Of a stretch of DNA of 32,000 bases, positions 24,207-31,481 are shown in pieces; position 1 is the stretch's first letter, and each line of letters begins with the position of its first letter. The notes under the pieces are model-generated. The model made no database searches and had not been told where the DNA came from. It saw only the letters and a program-made list of their open reading frames with translations. The stretch lies in the NCBI GenBank assembly GCA_963704755.1, contig OY969938.1, positions 3,900,001 to 3,932,000 of the forward strand. Reading direction: 5' to 3'. The position numbers and the translations under genes were made by a program. This DNA is from an uncultured Chloroflexia bacterium (GTDB taxonomy: Bacteria; Chloroflexota; Anaerolineae; Anaerolineales; Anaerolineaceae).

Positions 24207-25139
24207 ATGGAAAAGACGAGAACAAGAACTTCATTAACGATCGCTATTGCGCTTGTTTTCTGCGGGGTTCTGGCCCTGTCCGGATGCCAGAAAAACCCGA
24301 GACCGGCTGAAAAAACACCGGATGGCGGCGGCTCCTCGAATACAACCGTGACTCCATCCGTGACCGCGACGATTACCGCCACGCCCGAACCGTTGGCTCT
24401 TACGGTGAATGGAGAAGGTATTCCCCTGGCCGAATACCAGGCCTCTTTACAGCAGCTTCAAAGCGCCGAGACTGAACTTGGCACCAGCCACACGGCTGAC
24501 GAGCAGCGCCAGATGGTGCTGGACGACCTGACCGACGAGGCTCTTTTGGCCCAGGGTGCCGAGAAAGACGGCATGAAAGCGGATGATTCCTCGATCCAAT
24601 CGCAATATGAGCAGTTGACCAGCAGCCTGAACGCTTCGGGCGGCTTAACCGATTGGATGAGCAAGATGGGCTATGATGACAACAGCCTGCATTCGGCCTT
24701 GCAGCGTTCGATCCAGGCGGCCTGGGAACGCGATAAGATTATCAAGGGCGTACCCGAAACTGCCGACCAGGTCGAGGCCAGGCAAATGCTCTTCCAGACC
24801 CAGGACACGGCGAACAGCATATTGAGTAAGCTGGATAACGGCTCCGATTTCACTACCCTGGCTTTTCAATACGATCCGTTGACCGGTGGTGATTTAGGCT
24901 GGTTCCCGCGCGGCTATCTGACCGTCCAGGCGGTAGAGGACGCGGCCTTTTCGCTCGAAAAAGGCCAGCACAGCCAGATTATCGCTACGGACCTCGGCTA
25001 TGTGATCCTTCTGGTCGAGGATAAGGACTCTCAACATCCATTGTCGGCCGATGCGCGCCTGGCGTTACAGAAAAAGGCTTTGCAGGATTGGCTGACGACC
25101 CAGCAGCAGGCCGCCGATATCAAGGTGCTGCTGCCTTGA
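24207..25139 (+). CDS. Peptidyl-prolyl cis-trans isomerase, parvulin type (SurA/PrsA-like) lipoprotein
   Basis: Signal peptide plus lipobox (VLALSGC), SurA-N-like helical region, then PpiC domain (ARQMLF...GGDLGWFPRGYL...GYVILLVEDK). I prefer ATG 24207 over the track's start at 24144. Confidence 0.8.
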   Translation: MEKTRTRTSLTIAIALVFCGVLALSGCQKNPRPAEKTPDGGGSSNTTVTPSVTATITATPEPLALTVNGEGIPLAEYQASLQQLQSAETELGTSHTADEQRQMVLDDLTDEALLAQGAEKDGMKADDSSIQSQYEQLTSSLNASGGLTDWMSKMGYDDNSLHSALQRSIQAAWERDKIIKGVPETADQVEARQMLFQTQDTANSILSKLDNGSDFTTLAFQYDPLTGGDLGWFPRGYLTVQAVEDAAFSLEKGQHSQIIATDLGYVILLVEDKDSQHPLSADARLALQKKALQDWLTTQQQAADIKVLLP

Positions 25140-25157
25140 CGAATTGAGGAATGACCC

Positions 25158-25889
25158 GTGAAACCTGAAATGAAACCGAGCAGTGACCTGGTTTGGAACC
25201 TGGCAACCGTCTTTGTCCTGGCTTTCATTCCTATGATCGTGGCCATCTTTTTGGTTATCTTTTTCGAGCCGCAGTCTTCCTTGAATCCGCTGCCGCCACC
25301 GACCCTGCCGGCCCGCCTGGTGTTGCCCACCGCTACGGCGACGCCCTTATCCCTGCCGCCGACCTGGACGCCCACCTTCACCGCGACCACCTCTGCGACC
25401 CCGGCGCCGCTCACGGAGAGTTCGGCTACCGCGGGTTTCGAGGTCATTTCCGGTACCCCGCTCAGCGATTTGGGTAACGCCGCCCCGACAGAGACCGTCC
25501 CGCCGGGTTATTATGCTTACGCCACCCAAAGCGCACCTCAGGCCATTTCGGCTTCGTTGTACGACGCCGACCGCGGCTGTGCCTGGATGGGTATCGCCGG
25601 CCGTGTTTTTGACCTGCAAAACAGCCCGGTGACCGGCATCCGCGTGGCCTTGTATGGCTTCCTGGACGGCCACACCGTCCAATTACTCAGTCTGACCGGC
25701 ACAGCCGTCCAATACGGCCCTTCCGGTTACGAGTTTACCCTGGCCGATACCCCGATCGCCTCGACCAATTTGCTCTACGTGCGCCTGCTCGACCAATCCG
25801 ACCTGGCCCTGTCCGACAAGGTCTATTTCGATACCTACAACGATTGCAACAAGAATTTGATCTTGATCGATTTCAAGCAGGTGAGGTAG
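25158..25889 (+). CDS. Hypothetical membrane-anchored protein with Pro/Thr linker and beta-rich C-terminal domain
   Basis: 243 aa. GTG start 7 nt after GAGGA. One TM helix (LATVFVLAFIPMIVAIFLVIFF), PT-rich linker. No recognisable family. Confidence 0.6.
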   Translation: MKPEMKPSSDLVWNLATVFVLAFIPMIVAIFLVIFFEPQSSLNPLPPPTLPARLVLPTATATPLSLPPTWTPTFTATTSATPAPLTESSATAGFEVISGTPLSDLGNAAPTETVPPGYYAYATQSAPQAISASLYDADRGCAWMGIAGRVFDLQNSPVTGIRVALYGFLDGHTVQLLSLTGTAVQYGPSGYEFTLADTPIASTNLLYVRLLDQSDLALSDKVYFDTYNDCNKNLILIDFKQVR

Positions 25890-26095
25890 GGGGAAGAAGA
25901 AAATAGAGAATGGAGAAGAGAGATTAGAGATTAGTTGACTAGTCAATAAGTCAATTAGGCAACGAGGGAAAAACCGTGGTTATTGCAAAATGCGAAACGC
26001 AACGTATTTCCCTTTCCCTTATTGACTTATTGCCTCGGTGCCTTACTAACTATTCTCTACTCTCTACTCTCTCTTCTCTTTCCTTATTCTCTGGG
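25890..26095. repeat. About 200-nt imperfect palindrome (purine-rich left arm, pyrimidine-rich right arm) between convergent genes
   Basis: Nested complementary blocks: 25913-25923 GAGAAGAGAGA / 26068-26078 TCTCTCTTCTC; 25944-25955 CAATAAGTCAAT / 26021-26032 ATTGACTTATTG; 25966-25971 GGGAAA / 26007-26012 TTTCCC. Central TGCG-AAA-CGCA at 25991-26001. Confidence 0.7.
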
Positions 26096-27304
26096 CTTCA
26101 AATCGTACTCGTTGCCCTGTCCCAACAGGCCGCTCAACTGCGCCTCGGGTAAGGCCATGACGGCGCCATCGGCGAAATAGGAGAAATCGAAATGGATCGG
26201 GTCGCCGGCTTGCTTCCCGGGAATGGGCATCAGCCGGGCGGTGAGAGGCTTGTTGAGCCGCAGCGAAAGCGAGGCGACATCGGTCAGCAGGGCTGCCAGG
26301 GTTTCGGCGGCTACATCCCCGGGCAAGGGCACCGTGTCCAGGCCGGTGCCGCATACCGATGAGAACAGCAGCAGGTCCTTGACCGTCAGGCTGCCTTCGG
26401 CTGCCCGCTGGGCCAAAACCAAATCTTCCAACACAGGCAGCATCAGCCCGTTCAGCCCGATGTGCGCCCATTTTCCCCGCCCGAGCGTGTCGGCCAGAAA
26501 AGCAGCCGCGCACAGCGAGCCGGAATTGCCCAACGGTTTGCCGCCTAACTCCTCCAGCCCGGCCCCGGCTGAGCAGTCGTCCTGCGGATAGGGAGCGGTG
26601 GAGAAATCAAACCCGGCCAGGCGGATACCGGCTGCTTTCAGCAAAGGCGCCAGCATATTACTCAGGTCCGCGGCGGTCTTTTCGTAAAGCGCCAGTAGTT
26701 TGGAGCGGAATTCAGCCGGAGACGAACTGGTTTGCAAAACGTTCAAAATATCTGCGGCCGTTTCCATGCCCAGCGCGCAGGCCGGAGGTGTGCCGGCCTG
26801 GTGGTAAGCTGCCGGGAAGAAAGGCGCCCCGGCCGGGACGTTCCCCAGGGCGGCGAAGCGCAGGTTGGTGAACCCATCCGGAGTAATGCTGGCGCAGCGC
26901 CGGATGATCTCTGCACAGGCAGTCACCGCTTGTGGAACCATACACTGACCAGTGCCGGTCATCAGACCGGTGGCAAAAATCGAACTGCTCTCGGCCAGGA
27001 TATCCGGGATGACGGCGTAACTCTCGGGTACCTCCGGCAGAGCCGGCCCAATGGATATATAGGTAAATCCGTGGGCCAATGCGGCCTGTTCGATGGTGCA
27101 GGCGTATTTCAGCAAACTTTTGCGGTCGAACGGTTTTCCCAAAAGGGAAAAGGGAGAAGTTGCCAGTCGAACGGTTTGCAGTTCGAAACCGGCCGAGTTC
27201 AATTCACCTGCCGCGGCAGTAGCGATCCCCGCTAGCTTATCCAGAAAAGATTCCAGATGATGCAGGGATGGGTCGAAGAAGAAGGTTAGGGTTCGGATTT
27301 TCAT
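26084..27304 (-). CDS. DUF711 / UPF0210-family protein
   Basis: 406 aa. MKIRTLTFF N-terminus and SSVCGTGLDTVPLPGD motif are characteristic of the DUF711 family. ATGA overlap with the upstream gene. Confidence 0.7.
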   Translation of the reverse strand: MKIRTLTFFFDPSLHHLESFLDKLAGIATAAAGELNSAGFELQTVRLATSPFSLLGKPFDRKSLLKYACTIEQAALAHGFTYISIGPALPEVPESYAVIPDILAESSSIFATGLMTGTGQCMVPQAVTACAEIIRRCASITPDGFTNLRFAALGNVPAGAPFFPAAYHQAGTPPACALGMETAADILNVLQTSSSPAEFRSKLLALYEKTAADLSNMLAPLLKAAGIRLAGFDFSTAPYPQDDCSAGAGLEELGGKPLGNSGSLCAAAFLADTLGRGKWAHIGLNGLMLPVLEDLVLAQRAAEGSLTVKDLLLFSSVCGTGLDTVPLPGDVAAETLAALLTDVASLSLRLNKPLTARLMPIPGKQAGDPIHFDFSYFADGAVMALPEAQLSGLLGQGNEYDLKPRE

Positions 27305-28086
27305 GAGTTTCTCTGGCGAACGACTTCGAAGAGCAGGATCCCGGCGGCAATGGCCGCATTGAGCGACTCACTCTGGCCGGGCATTGGGATGTGAATAAAG
27401 CCATCGGCAAGCTGGTTGGCCTGTTCCTGGGCGCCGTTGGCTTCGCCGCCGATGACCAATGCCAGGGGCGATGTCAAGTCAGTGTCCCAGCAGACCGAGC
27501 CACGGGCCGAATCGGCGATCAATATTTGCGCCGGCCCTTCTTTCCGCCGGCGGCACAGATCGGCGATCTGGGCCCACTCCAGCGTCTGGATGGTCAGGCG
27601 AAAGTGCGCGCCCATTCCGGCGCGGACGACTTTAGGCGCAAAAGGGTCGGTGGTTCCGGGGGTGGCGATCAGCGCCTGGGCGCCGGCAGCAGCGGCCGAA
27701 CGCAGCAGCGTGCCCAGGTTGCCCGGGTCGCGCAGGTTGTCGGCGATAACCAGAAAGTCCCACGGCTCCGGCAGGGCCGTTTGCGGCAGCGGCAGCACCG
27801 CCAGGATGCCCTGGGGCGTCTCGGTATCGGAGAGGCTGCGCAGCAGGCCTTCTTCAACCTCCTCCGTCGGGCTGCCCATCCCGGTAAATTGGTCGGCCAA
27901 CTGCCGGCCGCGTTCGGAAAGACTTTCCCCGACCAGCACCAGCTCAGGCCGGATCCCGCTCCGGGCGGCTTCCTCGGCCAGGCGCACGCCTTCGACCACG
28001 AACAGCCCTTGTTTGTGGCGTTCGCGCCGGCGCGAGAGCAGCGTGCGGACCTGCTGGATGCGGGAATTATGCGCTGAGGTGATCAT
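27301..28086 (-). CDS. TrmH/SpoU-family RNA 2'-O-methyltransferase
   Basis: N-terminal substrate-binding domain (ITSAHNSRIQQVRTLL, FVVEG) plus SPOUT motifs (DPGNLGTLLRSA, LVIGGEANG, IPMPGQSESLNAAIAAGILLFE). I prefer ATG 28086. An ATG at 28116 is also possible. Confidence 0.85.
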   Translation of the reverse strand: MITSAHNSRIQQVRTLLSRRRERHKQGLFVVEGVRLAEEAARSGIRPELVLVGESLSERGRQLADQFTGMGSPTEEVEEGLLRSLSDTETPQGILAVLPLPQTALPEPWDFLVIADNLRDPGNLGTLLRSAAAAGAQALIATPGTTDPFAPKVVRAGMGAHFRLTIQTLEWAQIADLCRRRKEGPAQILIADSARGSVCWDTDLTSPLALVIGGEANGAQEQANQLADGFIHIPMPGQSESLNAAIAAGILLFEVVRQRNS

Positions 28087-28663
28087 TGGGCGTGGACCTG
28101 CCGGCCAGCCAGGCATCGTACGTGCTCAGGAAGGCTTGTAAGGTATCCTGGTCGAACAGCACCAGGCGGACCAGGCCAAGGCTGCCGGTAGGCTCTTGGC
28201 TGAAATATTCGGCCAATGTAGCCAGGATGATGGCGGCGGCCCGCTCACGGGGAAAGCCAAAGATACCGGTGGAGATGGCCGGCATGGAAAGTGAAGTCAG
28301 CTTCAGCTCCGTAGCAACTTCCAGGCTGCCGCGCACGGCGGCCGCCAGGCGCCGGTCCTCGTCGCCCTGGCCCCACACCGGCCCGACGGCGTGGATCACG
28401 TATTTACAGGGCAGGTTGCCGGCGCCGGTATAAGCCGGCCGCGCGTGGCTGACAGGGCCGTGTTCGGCGACCCAGCGGTTCGATTCCTGTTGGATGGTGG
28501 AACCCCCTTTGCGTGAAATTGCGCCGGCTACACCGCCGCCGTGGGCCAGGGACGCGTTGGCCGCGTTGACGATCGCGTCCACCTGCTCGCCGGTAATATC
28601 GCCCTGGGCGATCTCCAGGCGCTGTCCGCCGGGGAATGTGTCCGTGCGCAAAACTTGATTCAT
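28067..28663 (-). CDS. Macro-domain protein (ADP-ribose / O-acetyl-ADP-ribose binding or hydrolase)
   Basis: GDITGEQVDAIVNAANASLAHGGGVAGAI, YVIHAVGPVW, AISTGIFGFP. I prefer ATG 28663 over the track's TTG at 28696. Confidence 0.85.
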   Translation of the reverse strand: MNQVLRTDTFPGGQRLEIAQGDITGEQVDAIVNAANASLAHGGGVAGAISRKGGSTIQQESNRWVAEHGPVSHARPAYTGAGNLPCKYVIHAVGPVWGQGDEDRRLAAAVRGSLEVATELKLTSLSMPAISTGIFGFPRERAAAIILATLAEYFSQEPTGSLGLVRLVLFDQDTLQAFLSTYDAWLAGRSTPNDHLSA

Positions 28664-28707
28664 GAGGAAAATCCTGGGATTTGCATAACTGCCCAACCGG
28701 GAACTTC

Positions 28708-28737
28708 TTAATATCAGCTTGAGCAGGTACCAGACAA
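28708..28737 (-). promoter_or_regulatory. Candidate promoter of the macro-TrmH-DUF711 operon
   Basis: Minus strand: TTGTCT (28737..28732), 18 nt, TATTAA (28713..28708). Confidence 0.35.
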
Positions 28738-28839
28738 GTATATCACCGGGGTGCTTTGGTGTTCCCCGTGGATCATAAACCTATCAAGAGTTTTGCTGGC
28801 TAATTTAGTACGCGAATTCGCAACAACTCGGTAACTGCA

Positions 28840-28874
28840 AACACACCCCTCTCTTCAGAATTGGCCTGAGCAGT
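28840..28874 (+). repeat. 35-nt box L1 (AACACACCCCTCTCTTCAGAATTGGCCTGAGCAGT)
   Basis: 27/35 ungapped identity with 29728-29762. Contains the GCCTGAGCAGT core also seen at 21854-21864. Confidence 0.7.
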
Positions 28875-28884
28875 CACCTTATGA

Positions 28885-28920
28885 AAATAAAAAACGAGGC
28901 GGTCCATAGGACCGCCTCGT
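28885..28920 (-). terminator. rplT rho-independent terminator
   Basis: 12-bp stem ACGAGGCGGTCC / GGACCGCCTCGT with ATA loop, followed on the minus strand by TTTTTATTT. Confidence 0.85.
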
Positions 28921-28954
28921 TACAATTCGCTGTGCAGAACCGCTTGTTGAAAAA

Positions 28955-29302
28955 TCAGGCTCCGGTTGCCTGGGCGACGATGGCTGAAAATGCTTTCGGA
29001 TCACGTACGGCGATATCGGCCAACATTTTGCGGTTGAGGTTAATATTGGCTTTGCGCAGGGCAAAGATCAACCGGCTGTAGCTGATACCGTTTGAGCGGG
29101 ACGCGGCGTTGATGCGGGTGATCCACAGTTTGCGTAGATCGCGTTTGCGCACGCGACGATCCCGGTACGAATACCACATGCTTTTCAGCATGGCTTCGTT
29201 GGCCCGGCGGAAGAGGAAGTGCCTGGTACCGCGCTGGCCTTTCGTGAACTTCAAAACTTTCTTGTGTCGTAAATAGGCGTGTGGCCCACGTTTTACGCGC
29301 AT
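28955..29302 (-). CDS. rplT: 50S ribosomal protein L20
   Basis: 115 aa. [25 protein letters not shown]...[32 protein letters not shown]. Confidence 0.97.
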   Translation of the reverse strand: MRVKRGPHAYLRHKKVLKFTKGQRGTRHFLFRRANEAMLKSMWYSYRDRRVRKRDLRKLWITRINAASRSNGISYSRLIFALRKANINLNRKMLADIAVRDPKAFSAIVAQATGA

Positions 29303-29394
29303 AATAACTCCTTTGCGAACCCCTGGGCGCCGGTGAAATCACCTGTTGAAAACACCCAACAGCCGCACAAAAAAAACGGATGAGAGGATTAACC

Positions 29395-29631
29395 CTAGTC
29401 CTTCTTTTTCAGATAGGGGGCCAGACGGTTAACCCGTTTGATGATGCTTTCCCCTTCTACGGGGATCATCTCGGTAAATAACGCCGAGGTACGCTTGGGG
29501 GTGCGGCGGCGCAGATGGCTTTTGCCGCCCTTGGTGCGAACCAGGACGCCAGACCCGGTCAGGCGAAACCGTTTCGAGGTCGCCTTGTGGGTCTTCATCT
29601 TATACTTTCCTTCTTTCGACTTGCGAGGCAC
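29395..29631 (-). CDS. rpmI: 50S ribosomal protein L35
   Basis: MKTHKATSKRFRLTGSGVLVRTKGGKSHLRRR core. GTG 29631 has GAGGAG 7 nt upstream (78 aa). An internal ATG at 29598 would give the canonical 67 aa, so the start is uncertain. Confidence 0.9.
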   Translation of the reverse strand: MPRKSKEGKYKMKTHKATSKRFRLTGSGVLVRTKGGKSHLRRRTPKRTSALFTEMIPVEGESIIKRVNRLAPYLKKKD

Positions 29632-29681
29632 GGTTACACTCCTCTACGTGTGAAAAATGCGGTCTGCTTGCGCGAGGAATA

Positions 29682-29709
29682 ATTATACTTGATTTTTGGG
29701 GTTTGAGAA
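29682..29709 (-). promoter_or_regulatory. Candidate rpmI-rplT promoter
   Basis: Minus strand: TTCTCA (29709..29704), 16 nt, TATAAT (29687..29682). Confidence 0.35.
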
Positions 29710-29727
29710 GTAAAGCAAAAAATAATT

Positions 29728-29762
29728 AACACACCCCACTTTTCAGGACCAGCCTGGGTAGT
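29728..29762 (+). repeat. 35-nt box L2 (AACACACCCCACTTTTCAGGACCAGCCTGGGTAGT)
   Basis: Direct repeat of 28840-28874 (27/35). Confidence 0.7.
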
Positions 29763-29879
29763 ATCTATTACATTAACATCTGCTAAGAAATCCCGGTCAT
29801 CCTTGCGATTGCATAAACTCTCTCCTTGGTTTTGTGCTAAAATTAATATTAATATTTAGATAAAAATTGGAGGAAAAAC

Positions 29880-30731
29880 ATGCCCTCTTTCGCGCATCCC
29901 GAGTTTGTTGTAGAAACGGAATGGGTGTTAAGCCATTTGAATGACCCCAAGGTCCGCCTGGTTGAATCGAACGAAGACGCATTGCTGTACGAAACCGGCC
30001 ACATCCCGGGGGCGGTAAAAGTGGATTGGTTTACGACTTTACAGCAACCCGTCCGGCGTGATTTTCTTTCACGAGAAGATTTCGAGAAACTTTGTTCTAA
30101 TCTTGGCATTGCGAACGATACCACTGTGGTATTTTATGGGGATAAAAGCAACTGGTTCGCGATCTACGCCTTCTGGTTGTTCGAATATTACGGCCACGAG
30201 AATCGCAAGGTGATGAATGGCGGCCGTTTAAAGTGGATTTCCGAGAATCGGATTCTTACCAGCGAAATCCCGCATTACCCAAAAACGAACTACCAGGCCA
30301 AAGGACCGGATCAGTCCATCCGCGCATTTCGTGAGGACGTGATCGCACAGTTGGACAAAAATTCTTCCCTTGTGGACGTTCGCTCGCCTAAGGAGTACTC
30401 CGGGGAACTATTGCATATGCCCGGTTATCCGCAGGAGGGGGCACAGCGCGGCGGCCATATCCCTGGCGCCATGAACATCCCCTGGGCACTGGCAGTAACC
30501 GATGACGGCACCTTCCGGCCGGTCAACGAGCTGCAGGAGTTATATGGCAGCCGCGGAATCACCCCGGACAAAGATGTTATTGCCTATTGCCGTATTGGCG
30601 AGCGCAGCTCACATACCTGGTTTGTACTTAAATATTTGTTAGGTTATCCAAACGTACGGAATTACGACGGTTCCTGGACGGAATGGGGCAACCTGGTGGG
30701 GGTGCCGATCGAGAAAGGCATCAAAGTATGA
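29880..30731 (+). CDS. Thiosulfate sulfurtransferase (tandem rhodanese domains)
   Basis: 283 aa. Two rhodanese domains. Active-site loop CRIGERSS in the C-terminal domain. GGAGGA RBS. Confidence 0.88.
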   Translation: MPSFAHPEFVVETEWVLSHLNDPKVRLVESNEDALLYETGHIPGAVKVDWFTTLQQPVRRDFLSREDFEKLCSNLGIANDTTVVFYGDKSNWFAIYAFWLFEYYGHENRKVMNGGRLKWISENRILTSEIPHYPKTNYQAKGPDQSIRAFREDVIAQLDKNSSLVDVRSPKEYSGELLHMPGYPQEGAQRGGHIPGAMNIPWALAVTDDGTFRPVNELQELYGSRGITPDKDVIAYCRIGERSSHTWFVLKYLLGYPNVRNYDGSWTEWGNLVGVPIEKGIKV

Positions 30732-31186
30732 GCACCGATGAAGTTCTCCCGGGCCGGTTGGAAGAGATCGTCTCGGATTTTGAAATCTGCGAAGGCCGTG
30801 AAAAGCTGGAGCTACTGCTGGATTACGCCCTTAATTTTCCCCCCTTCCCGGAGCGACTGCAACGGCCAGACCGTGTGGATGACGTGCCCGAGTGCATGAC
30901 GCCGGTGCAGATGGCGGCCGAGGTAGAAGAGGGCCGGCTCAATTTTTATTTCGATATACCGCAAGAATCGCCCACGGTCCGCGGCTACGCGGCCTTGATT
31001 ATGCAAGGTATCAATGGCCTGGCGTCCGAAGATATTCTGCGAATCCCACCGGATTTCTATTTACGCATGGGACTGCAGGAAGTGCTGACACCCCAGCGGA
31101 TGAACGGCATGGCTGCCATCCTGGCGCACGTCAAACGGCGGGCCTTGCAGGAAATGGAGGCTGTGGACCAGTCCAATTCGGGCTGA
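30728..31186 (+). CDS. sufE: SufE-like sulfur-acceptor protein
   Basis: 152 aa. [24 protein letters not shown], conserved Cys in [15 protein letters not shown]...[12 protein letters not shown] start/stop overlap with the rhodanese gene. The track's start at 30683 is rejected. Confidence 0.75.
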   Translation: MSTDEVLPGRLEEIVSDFEICEGREKLELLLDYALNFPPFPERLQRPDRVDDVPECMTPVQMAAEVEEGRLNFYFDIPQESPTVRGYAALIMQGINGLASEDILRIPPDFYLRMGLQEVLTPQRMNGMAAILAHVKRRALQEMEAVDQSNSG

Positions 31187-31205
31187 TCCCGGCCAATAAT
31201 TTTTC

Positions 31206-31245
31206 AAAAAAAGTCCCCCGGCAAGCTTGCCGAGGGACTTTTTTT
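31206..31245 (+). terminator. Terminator after sufE (symmetric, A7/T7 flanks)
   Basis: AAAAAAAGTCCCCCGGCAAGCTTGCCGAGGGACTTTTTTT. Confidence 0.8.
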
Positions 31246-31250
31246 GTGGT

Positions 31251-31295
31251 TTCTTGCCCCTCTCCCGTTTCTGGGAGAGGGGTTGGGGTGAGGGC
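31251..31295 (+). repeat. Hairpin-plus-G-rich-tail element (family H), copy R1
   Basis: TTCTTG-CCCCTCTCCC-GTTTCT-GGGAGAGGGG-TTGGGGTGAGGGC. 10-bp stem 31257-66 / 31273-82. Confidence 0.9.
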
Positions 31296-31429
31296 AGTTT
31301 TTGCACGGCAAGTTTTACCTGGCCGGATGGTGGGTTGCGGGCAATGTCTGGGCAATCGAATGGATTCGTGATTCAAAAACGTTCTATAAGAGCCCTGCAC
31401 CCACCCTACATTGATACTTCTATTATTGC

Positions 31430-31474
31430 TTCTTGCCCCTCTCCCGTTTCTGGGAGCGGGGTTGGGGTGAGGGC
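31430..31474 (+). repeat. Hairpin-plus-G-rich-tail element (family H), copy R2
   Basis: 44/45 identical to R1 (A to C change in the 3' stem arm), same orientation, 179 nt downstream. Confidence 0.9.
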
Positions 31475-31481
31475 GAAGGCT

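Noticed and set aside
25983-26180. 65-codon plus-strand ORF in the spacer after 25889
   Set aside because: It runs through the pyrimidine-rich arm of the long palindrome and into the 3' end of the DUF711 gene on the opposite strand. It has no RBS, and its hydrophobic low-complexity product derives from the CT-rich repeat.
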